A stretch of 64,000 nt of DNA from Minisyncoccota bacterium (lineage in GTDB: Bacteria; Patescibacteriota; Minisyncoccia; Phycocordibacterales; PALSA-1337), in NCBI GenBank assembly GCA_028713005.1, contig JAQTPC010000003.1:13022-77021 (forward strand). Direction: 5' to 3'. The position numbers and the translations under genes were made by a program. This document shows, in pieces, positions 57,117-64,000 of the stretch (its first letter is position 1; every line of letters begins with the position of its first letter). The notes below the pieces were generated by a model. It had not been told where the DNA came from. It did no database searches and saw only the letters and a list, made by a program, of their open reading frames with translations.

Positions 57117-57169
57117 ATGATTTAAATGTCCTTGAAAGGTAACATATCACTTAAAAAATGGCAAGAATC

Positions 57170-57214
57170 CTCGAGGTCTGACCTTGGAATCCAGGCTACA
57201 AAGGTCGGACCTTG
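57170..57214. repeat. Two REP-like palindromes
   Basis: cgaggtctgaccttg and aaggtcggacctt. Confidence 0.65.
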
Positions 57215-57236
57215 CGATTTCTGATATAATCAGGCC

Positions 57237-57815
57237 ATGATCGCTACCCTACGTGGACAAGTCACTGAACTCGGCAATCGTTATGCCATCATCGAAGTTG
57301 CCAATATCGGTTACAAAGTATTTTTGACTGATGATTCTATCCATTCATTGAAAGTGGGTACCGAAACATTCCTCTCTATATATAATGTCATTCGTGAAGA
57401 TGCCAATGACCTCTATGGCTTCGTATCACGAAAGGAGCGTGACTTCTTTGAGCTCCTCATCAGTATCTCCGGCATAGGCCCAAAGAGTGCTCTCAATATC
57501 ATGTCCCTCGTTTCAAGTGACACCCTTGTATCAGCCATCCGCAGTGGTTCAACTTCACATCTCGTAAAGGTTTCCGGCATAGGTAGAAAGACGGCTGAAA
57601 AGATTGTACTTGAACTCAAGGATAAGCTCGCTCCCTTTGCGGTTAGTCATGACAGTGAATACTCTGCTGAAATCTCAAGTGATATGGATGCTGTCGAGGC
57701 CCTCATGGCTCTTGGTTTTAGTGCTGACGAGAGTCGTGAAGCACTCAAAAAAATAGATAAGAGTATTTCGGCGACGGGTGCCAAGGTAAAGGCGGCGTTG
57801 AAGATGTTGAGTTAG
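57237..57815 (+). CDS. ruvA: Holliday junction branch migration protein RuvA
   Basis: MIATLRG, VIRED...LYGF, SGIGPKSA, GIGRKTAEKIVLELKDK. Confidence 0.97.
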   Translation: MIATLRGQVTELGNRYAIIEVANIGYKVFLTDDSIHSLKVGTETFLSIYNVIREDANDLYGFVSRKERDFFELLISISGIGPKSALNIMSLVSSDTLVSAIRSGSTSHLVKVSGIGRKTAEKIVLELKDKLAPFAVSHDSEYSAEISSDMDAVEALMALGFSADESREALKKIDKSISATGAKVKAALKMLS

Positions 57816-57881
57816 CACTACGTATAATATTCAGATAAAAAATACCCCGAACGAGTAATATCGTTCGGGGTGATTAAAAAA

Positions 57882-58211
57882 CTATTTCCTCTTAAATGCA
57901 CCCTTAGTGCTTAAACTGCACGCCAGGTGGCCAGCATTTTCTGTTTTTTTCCAAAAACCTTGGAAACCAAGAAAACGTAGAATCGGGTGTGCAATTATCA
58001 TACCGAGCCCCGCTAGGATAATAAGTGCCAGCGCAACAATTAAAAACGGAATAATCAGTGCACTTCCCACGGCAAATATTACCGCGATAATTCCAATTAC
58101 AGCTACTATGCACAGGAATTTGAGAACAGGATTTTTAACTTCCTTTCCCCCAACCTCAACTGTGCTAACGCATTTTCTTTTCATATTACAATCTTTAATT
58201 TCCTTCGCCAA
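57882..58211 (-). CDS. Small membrane protein
   Basis: Two TM helices; upstream TTGCTT-17-TATAAT. Confidence 0.55.
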   Translation of the reverse strand: MAKEIKDCNMKRKCVSTVEVGGKEVKNPVLKFLCIVAVIGIIAVIFAVGSALIIPFLIVALALIILAGLGMIIAHPILRFLGFQGFWKKTENAGHLACSLSTKGAFKRK

Positions 58212-58353
58212 AATTTAGTGTAAATTCCAGCAGAGTCGCCTTTTCTAAGGGCATTGTTTATTTCAAACTTCAAAACTACTTGGTCGCATTATATCACAGT
58301 ATTTGTATAAAAGCAATATCCCATAAACCCCCGAAATAAGCCATACTATACCC

Positions 58354-59619
58354 ATGCTCGACTCATTCCTCGCCAAAACACGTAACTGGATACCAAAAGC
58401 TCTATTCCGCATCGCCAACCCGCTCTACCATCGTACACTCGCTTTCGTGGCAGCCTGCATATACCGCTTCCCTTCTCGTCACATCAAAGTCATCGGTATC
58501 ACCGGAACCAAAGGCAAAAGCTCAACAGTGGAAATACTCAATGCCATACTCGAAGAAGCTGGCTACAAGACCGCCCTCACGAACACTATCCGTTTCAAGA
58601 TCGGTGACATGTCATCTGATAACCTCTACAAGATGAGCATGCCCGGACGTTTCTTCATGCAAAAATTCCTCCGCAGTGCAGTCAAACATAAATGTGATTA
58701 TGCGATCCTCGAAATGACATCTCAAGGCGCAATCACCTACCGTCACCTCTTTATCGACATGGACGCATTCATTTTCACCAATATTTCTCCTGAGCACATA
58801 GAGGCCCACGGCTCATATGAACATTATCTCAATGCCAAAGTATCCATCGCTCGTCGTCTGGCAGTTTCAAAAAAGAAAAATCGTATCATGATCGCTAATG
58901 GCGATGATAAGGAAGTTGAGAAATTCCTTGAGTGTGACGCTGATCAAAAGATGCGCTTCCACATAACAGACGTTGCACCCTACACTATTAAAAAAGAAGG
59001 TATTGATTTTACTCTGACAAAGACACCAGTCACCTCTCAGCTCTCTGGCCTCTTTAATCTCTACAATATCCTCGCCGCTATCACTGCAGCGCAAAGCCAA
59101 GGCATTTCAAACGATATCATCATCCGCGCTATAGAAAAATTTAATGGCATAAAGGGTCGTGTTGAGCTCATCGATGCAGGACAAGATTTCAAAGTAGTCG
59201 TCGACTATGCCCATACGCCAGATTCGCTTGAAAAAGTGTATCAAGTTTTCCAATCGTCTCGTAATATATGTATTCTTGGTGGGACAGGTGGTGGACGTGA
59301 CACATGGAAGCGCGGAGAGATGGGGCACATCGCTGACGAATACTGTGATGAAGTTATTCTGACTGATGAAGATCCTTATGATGAAAATCCTGAAAATATT
59401 GTAAACGACGTAGCAAAAGGCATGACTCATGCGCCAACTATCATAATGGACCGTCGTATGGCTATCAGAGAAGGCATCAAACGTGCACAAACAGGCGACG
59501 TTGTCATCATCACTGGAAAAGGAACCGATCCGTATATCATGGGACCACAAGGAACAAAGACGCCGTGGAGTGATGCTCGTGTAGCAAAAGAAGAACTCGA
59601 GAAAAGACTTTCTAACTAG
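58354..59619 (+). CDS. murE: UDP-MurNAc-tripeptide synthetase
   Basis: GITGTKGKSS, E.TSQG, EHIEAH, VDYAHTPDS, GKG. Confidence 0.9.
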   Translation: MLDSFLAKTRNWIPKALFRIANPLYHRTLAFVAACIYRFPSRHIKVIGITGTKGKSSTVEILNAILEEAGYKTALTNTIRFKIGDMSSDNLYKMSMPGRFFMQKFLRSAVKHKCDYAILEMTSQGAITYRHLFIDMDAFIFTNISPEHIEAHGSYEHYLNAKVSIARRLAVSKKKNRIMIANGDDKEVEKFLECDADQKMRFHITDVAPYTIKKEGIDFTLTKTPVTSQLSGLFNLYNILAAITAAQSQGISNDIIIRAIEKFNGIKGRVELIDAGQDFKVVVDYAHTPDSLEKVYQVFQSSRNICILGGTGGGRDTWKRGEMGHIADEYCDEVILTDEDPYDENPENIVNDVAKGMTHAPTIIMDRRMAIREGIKRAQTGDVVIITGKGTDPYIMGPQGTKTPWSDARVAKEELEKRLSN

Positions 59620-59622
59620 CCA

Positions 59623-60927
59623 CTAGAAACTTATACCGTAATTAGTATTTAATATTTGCATTGTCCTTTGTCCGACAATGTTTGTTTCACCAGATATACT
59701 GTACTTTTTTTGAAATTGTTGAAGCGCTGTTTGGGTGCATGGACCGAGCTTCCCTGTACGCGGACAATCACTCAGATCACGTGCATAGGGCGGATACTCC
59801 CCGTCAACAAGGAGTGCTGACTGCAGAGCAAAGACATCTGTATTTTGAGTATTTTTTTCTGAAATAACACTCTTCCATGTATGTGGTAATGCAACCGTAT
59901 CATATGCCCGACTTACAGCCGCAGCATCAGGAGCACTAAAGAAATCTTCGAGACCGAGATATGTCTGAAATGCGAGGTCTTTGATGGCAAGATCGCGTGT
60001 GCCTGCATTCAAAAACTGTGGTTCGTAGATATATCCATACTCAATCAACATACTCGCCGCATCAGCGGTATCATGTGCACCGATTGCGATCAGATCGGGA
60101 TCTTCAACTATACCTGCAGATTCACCCGTCAAACTGCTCACGGGATTATACTTACTTAACCGTTTAAATATTGTTTCAGCGACAACTTTGCTTGTAGCAC
60201 TATTAGCATACTGACGTTCAGGGATATATATTGCAAAACCAGTATGATCGCCAGGAGTTCGACTACCATGACCTGGTGCATCATTGAAATGAATATGGAT
60301 AGTTATATCTACATCATTCTCATTTGCCCACTTTGTGATACCGTAAAGTCTATATGCTACATTACTTGGTGCCTTATTGTGGTATACGGTCTTTGTAGGA
60401 GGTACCACTGTGCCCGAAGATATACGGTGAGCAATATCCTGAGCTGAGCCGGCTTGCCAATCGATGATATTCTGCCAGTTATTCTTAAAATACTCAGCGA
60501 AAATCGGTGACCAATCGTTACCGTCTCGAGTAACAAAAACTTCATAATGGGTGTCCTTCTCAAGAAAACCGGCAAGGTCTTGCGCGAGTTCCACGGTCAT
60601 ATCACGCTCTTTGAGTGAACTGTATTCTGCCCCACCATAGTTTGGTTCATGTCCGGGTACAATCAAAATACGAACTTTATTATGGATACTTTTATCATTT
60701 ATAGATGCAACTTGAACTATGGGAGAGGTGTAGCGTGACTTTATGTCAGCGACAGTCTTTGGATTATGACTCAAAATAACAGCAGCGAGTTGTTCGGTCG
60801 CTTGGGAGAATATCTGTGCAACATAATCAACTTCCCCGCCAAAACGAGATGAGACGGCCGGGACGCCAAAGAGCATCAATGCCAAAATAGTGACAAGGTA
60901 GTACTTCACGTATGTATTATAACTCAT
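59623..60927 (-). CDS. N-acetylmuramoyl-L-alanine amidase with C-terminal peptidoglycan-binding domain
   Basis: PGH..E, IHFN, LIEYGY; G..T..AL..FQ. Confidence 0.85.
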   Translation of the reverse strand: MSYNTYVKYYLVTILALMLFGVPAVSSRFGGEVDYVAQIFSQATEQLAAVILSHNPKTVADIKSRYTSPIVQVASINDKSIHNKVRILIVPGHEPNYGGAEYSSLKERDMTVELAQDLAGFLEKDTHYEVFVTRDGNDWSPIFAEYFKNNWQNIIDWQAGSAQDIAHRISSGTVVPPTKTVYHNKAPSNVAYRLYGITKWANENDVDITIHIHFNDAPGHGSRTPGDHTGFAIYIPERQYANSATSKVVAETIFKRLSKYNPVSSLTGESAGIVEDPDLIAIGAHDTADAASMLIEYGYIYEPQFLNAGTRDLAIKDLAFQTYLGLEDFFSAPDAAAVSRAYDTVALPHTWKSVISEKNTQNTDVFALQSALLVDGEYPPYARDLSDCPRTGKLGPCTQTALQQFQKKYSISGETNIVGQRTMQILNTNYGISF

Positions 60928-60934
60928 TTTTGTT

Positions 60935-60974
60935 TCTGCGCAGGTCTACCCTTGCAAGGGTAGACCTGCGCAGA
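60935..60974. repeat. Perfect 40-bp palindrome made of two inverted REP-like units
   Basis: tctgcgcaggtctacccttg|caagggtagacctgcgcaga. Confidence 0.8.
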
Positions 60975-60995
60975 GGTTTGGTTTACTATGCCCAT

Positions 60996-61937
60996 ATGCC
61001 CGAACTCCCCGAAGTGCAAACAACAGTCACCGGACTCAATCGGACCATTACCGGGCAAACCATCACTGATGTATGGACTGATTACAATAGCCCTTATTTC
61101 AAAGGATCTAATACCATTAAAGATCCAGTTTATTTTAAGCATTTCAAAAAAGAAATTCTTAATAAAAAAATTACCTCTGTCACCCGTCGGGCAAAAAATG
61201 TGCTTATACATCTCGATTCAGGAAAGACTATCCTCATTCACATGAAAATGACTGGACATATCATCATTGGACGATATGTATTTGATTCAAAAAAGAAAAA
61301 AGACTCATGGGTTCCTGCACCTGATGAACGAAAGGCTCTTCACGATCCATTCAATCGTTTTATCCATTTTGTCCTAACTTTTTCCAATGGAAAACAGATG
61401 GCTTTTTCTGATATGAGAAAATTTGCCAAAGTAACTTTGCTAGAAAATCACACTGAGCATTTGATAGACCTTGGCCCTGAACCATTGGAAGCTGGTTTCA
61501 CCTACTCTATTTTCAAATCTCAACTCAATAAAAAACCTACGGGAAAAATAAAAACTGTCTTGATGGATCAAACTGTTATCTCTGGTGTTGGAAATATCTA
61601 CAGTGATGAAGCTCTCTGGCGCGCTGGTATACATCCAGAAAAAAGAGTTCGCGATATTCCTGATCAATCACTCAAGATACTATACTCAGCAACTAAAGAT
61701 GTTCTCGAAAAAGGCATCGATTTTGGCGGGGACTCTATGTCTGACTATAGAAACATCGATGGGGAGCGTGGAAAATTTCAAGAACAGCACCAAGCCTATA
61801 GAAAAACTGGCAAGATTTGTGGCATTAAAATCAAAGCCATGCCTGGCGGCAGACAGGAAAAGACCTGTAAAGGAATTATTCAAAGAAAAGTCATTGGTGG
61901 CCGAAGTGCCCACTTCTGCCCTGTTCATCAGTTGTAG
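60996..61937 (+). CDS. mutM: Formamidopyrimidine-DNA glycosylase
   Basis: MPELPEV, HMKMTG, D.RKF, GVGNIY.DE, RSAHFCP.HQ. Confidence 0.96.
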   Translation: MPELPEVQTTVTGLNRTITGQTITDVWTDYNSPYFKGSNTIKDPVYFKHFKKEILNKKITSVTRRAKNVLIHLDSGKTILIHMKMTGHIIIGRYVFDSKKKKDSWVPAPDERKALHDPFNRFIHFVLTFSNGKQMAFSDMRKFAKVTLLENHTEHLIDLGPEPLEAGFTYSIFKSQLNKKPTGKIKTVLMDQTVISGVGNIYSDEALWRAGIHPEKRVRDIPDQSLKILYSATKDVLEKGIDFGGDSMSDYRNIDGERGKFQEQHQAYRKTGKICGIKIKAMPGGRQEKTCKGIIQRKVIGGRSAHFCPVHQL

Positions 61938-61941
61938 CTTT

Positions 61942-61962
61942 CCTCGAGGTTGAACCTTGAGG
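61942..61962. repeat. REP-like palindrome
   Basis: cctcgaggttgaaccttgagg between convergent genes. Confidence 0.65.
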
Positions 61963-61964
61963 TA

Positions 61965-62474
61965 TTAGTCAGTATCGAGCAAACGATATAAAAATATTCC
62001 CGCCGACACTGAAACATTCAGAGACTCTTTTTGACCTCGGAGGGGTATCTCGGCGATAACATCAGCGAGCTCAAGAATTGGTTTTGATACTCCTTCGACT
62101 TCATTGCCAAGGATAATGACTACTTTATTTTTTGAAGAGGATGCGAGACTAATCTGTTTGTAGTCGAGCGATCGTGGTGATTGTTCGAGAGCCACGATCT
62201 TTGCACCAGCTTTCTTTAATTTGTTGAGGATGGAACCTCCCTCTTCTGCATGCTCCCAAGAAATGGTATTTTCTGCACCTAAAGCAACTTTTGCAAAATC
62301 ACTGCGCTTATTGCCAAAACGATCATGTGGCGTTGGAGTTGTACCAATGCAATATATCTTTGATATACCAAGTGTTTCGGCTGTTCTAAATATAGAACCG
62401 ACATTATGGACGCTACGGATATTATCAAGTAACAGATGAGCCTCTCGCCTTTTTTGCTTATTTTCTGTTATCAT
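61965..62474 (-). CDS. TrmH/SpoU family RNA methyltransferase
   Basis: DNIRS.HNVGSIFRT, GNEVEG, ESLNVSV. Confidence 0.93.
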   Translation of the reverse strand: MITENKQKRREAHLLLDNIRSVHNVGSIFRTAETLGISKIYCIGTTPTPHDRFGNKRSDFAKVALGAENTISWEHAEEGGSILNKLKKAGAKIVALEQSPRSLDYKQISLASSSKNKVVIILGNEVEGVSKPILELADVIAEIPLRGQKESLNVSVSAGIFLYRLLDTD

Positions 62475-62510
62475 TACTCTACATTAACTGAATATAACAT
62501 TAACATCAAT

Positions 62511-62879
62511 ATGCTTTCTCTCTTTCCATCACTTCTCGCATACGAACAAGTTGGTCCAATGATCATCCGTCTCGTTCTCGGTATTACTCTTCTTTATTTT
62601 GGATATGAAAAATTGATCAAAAAGGGCACCAGCTCTGGTAGTAATGCAAAAGGTTACGGCGCAGTCGAAGTCATCATTGCCCTCTTCCTCATCATTGGTC
62701 TTTTCACACAACTTGCAGCGCTCTTGAATGCTATCATCCTCGTCATCAAACTTGGTTTCAAGGCACGCGACAAAGAACTCCTTTCGAATGGCATCAACTA
62801 CTACATTCTTCTTTTGGCTATGGCTATCGCGGTTATCTTCATGGGGCCAGGATTGCTCGCATACGATTTGCATGTGTAA
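62511..62879 (+). CDS. DoxX-like membrane protein
   Basis: RLVLG, GLFTQLAA, GPG...D. Confidence 0.8.
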   Translation: MLSLFPSLLAYEQVGPMIIRLVLGITLLYFGYEKLIKKGTSSGSNAKGYGAVEVIIALFLIIGLFTQLAALLNAIILVIKLGFKARDKELLSNGINYYILLLAMAIAVIFMGPGLLAYDLHV

Positions 62880-63011
62880 GTAAAGCATAAGAACGAAACT
62901 TGATTTAAAGTTGATTTATAAGTATAGTTTTTACCACGCGCCCATATTTCCATATAGGCGCTGCGCTCAGGTCCACAGCCCGAGCGAGCTCGGTCTCCGG
63001 TCCCTTCGCTT

Positions 63012-63084
63012 GCGCCCATAGCTCAGTCGGTAGAGCAACTCCCTTTTAAGGAGTGGGTCGTTGGTTCGATTCCAACTGGGCGCA
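63012..63084 (+). tRNA. tRNA-Lys(TTT)
   Basis: GCGCCCA/TGGGCGC acceptor, CTTTTAA loop. Confidence 0.95.
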
Positions 63085-63089
63085 CATAA

Positions 63090-63113
63090 GAAAATCCGCT
63101 TCGGCGGATTTTT
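63090..63113 (+). terminator. Terminator after tRNA-Lys
   Basis: aaaatccgc-ttcg-gcggattttt. Confidence 0.8.
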
Positions 63114-63116
63114 GAA

Positions 63117-63269
63117 TGAGCGGTCAAGCAATGCACCTTCGTGCATTGCGGGTTGGAATCGAACGGTGAGCGATGTCGAGTTCAGCAGGACGAGACCGTG
63201 AACCGGTGCCCAGGAGGAGTTTGCGGGTAGCAAACGACGACGAGGGCGATTCCAGTTTGATGTAGCACA
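63117..63269 (+). repeat. tRNA-Lys-derived inverted-repeat element (diverged)
   Basis: tgagcggtca-hairpin-gttggaatcgaa antisense copy, two-stem core, then cgattccagt. Confidence 0.65.
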
Positions 63270-63326
63270 ATCAGCACATAAAGCTGTATAATATTTCCAA
63301 ACAAACTAGAACCTTTTAATAATATT

Positions 63327-63497
63327 ATGAATAGACCAAAATCGCTTTTGGAAGAGATGATTGCAGATGATCCTGAGCTGACAAACCTTTTCAGTAAGAC
63401 TCGTGAGCAGTTTCAAAAGGCTGCCGAGGAAGAAAGAAGGTTTTCGGGAGAAGCTGAGATAATCTCCCCAGAAGATCTTGCGGTGATTGTCAGGTAA
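63327..63497 (+). CDS. Small hypothetical protein (56 aa)
   Basis: Not in ORF track; MNRPKSLLEEM...; followed by terminator atcacgcacaa...ttgtgcgtgattttt. Confidence 0.5.
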   Translation: MNRPKSLLEEMIADDPELTNLFSKTREQFQKAAEEERRFSGEAEIISPEDLAVIVR

Positions 63498-63624
63498 GTT
63501 CCACATCACGCACAACCTTGGTTGTGCGTGATTTTTCATACCCAGGAAACCCCGTGCGAAGCGAGAGCGCGGGGAGGAGGTCATTATTGGACACACAATT
63601 GATACCAAGTGCTATACTTATAGC

Positions 63625-63897
63625 ATGAGAACATATGTTTACTTTCTCCTCATCCTCGCTGGATGCATCGCCTTGGCTTACTACCATGACAAGTGGCTAC
63701 CGAGAGTGATTGATTTTACTTTTCACAGTAGCACACCGACAAAAAATATAGACGATTCAGGTCGTGCACTATACGAAAAATACAAATCAGCAACCTATAG
63801 CGAACCATTTGAAGAATGTTATGTTCATTGTGCAGAAGATGGTTTTGAAGCATTCAAGTTTTGTGCAGCCACAAATAAGTGTGCTGCTATAAAATAA
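63625..63897 (+). CDS. Small membrane-anchored Cys-containing protein
   Basis: N-terminal TM helix, 4 C-terminal Cys; TATACT just upstream; hairpin downstream. Confidence 0.6.
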   Translation: MRTYVYFLLILAGCIALAYYHDKWLPRVIDFTFHSSTPTKNIDDSGRALYEKYKSATYSEPFEECYVHCAEDGFEAFKFCAATNKCAAIK

Positions 63898-64000
63898 ATC
63901 GTTTGAATTAAAAATCCGGATCGCACTGGGTGCAATCCGGATATGAACTAAAACTATTTTAACGCGAGTGGAGCAACGGGTTCCCTGTCCGAGATGATAT

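Noticed and set aside
63954-64000. 3' end of a minus-strand CDS at the window edge
   Set aside because: Only ~15 codons visible; cannot be supported

Overview
Chromosomal window from a small-genome bacterium, most consistent with Patescibacteria/CPR (Parcubacteria-like). This is inferred from the alpha2-type GlyRS, IleRS with an inserted phosphatase domain, a PilM-like cluster, cohesin-type surface proteins, tRNA-Arg(GCG) and many apparently leaderless genes; standard code 11. It holds housekeeping genes for translation, repair and envelope, plus 7 tRNAs; no CRISPR, integrase, transposase or rRNA was seen. Main candidates for novelty: (1) a thymidylate cluster whose ThyA has Asp at the dUMP-specifying Asn position and whose Dcd homologue lacks the catalytic Glu, suggesting a dCMP -> 5-methyl-dCMP -> dTMP route; (2) an 11.6-kb operon joining tatC/tatA, a Tat-signal protein, phage-fibre-like proteins and a dockerin/cohesin pair; (3) structured elements behind three tRNAs, each built from an antisense and a sense copy of its own tRNA 3' end, plus a conserved hairpin leader in front of two other tRNAs; (4) three candidate orphan ncRNAs, one carrying the 16S rRNA 790-loop; (5) REP-like palindromes, and a separate palindromic element inserted in frame in ileS. 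All calls come from reading the sequence and ORF track by eye; no searches were run.
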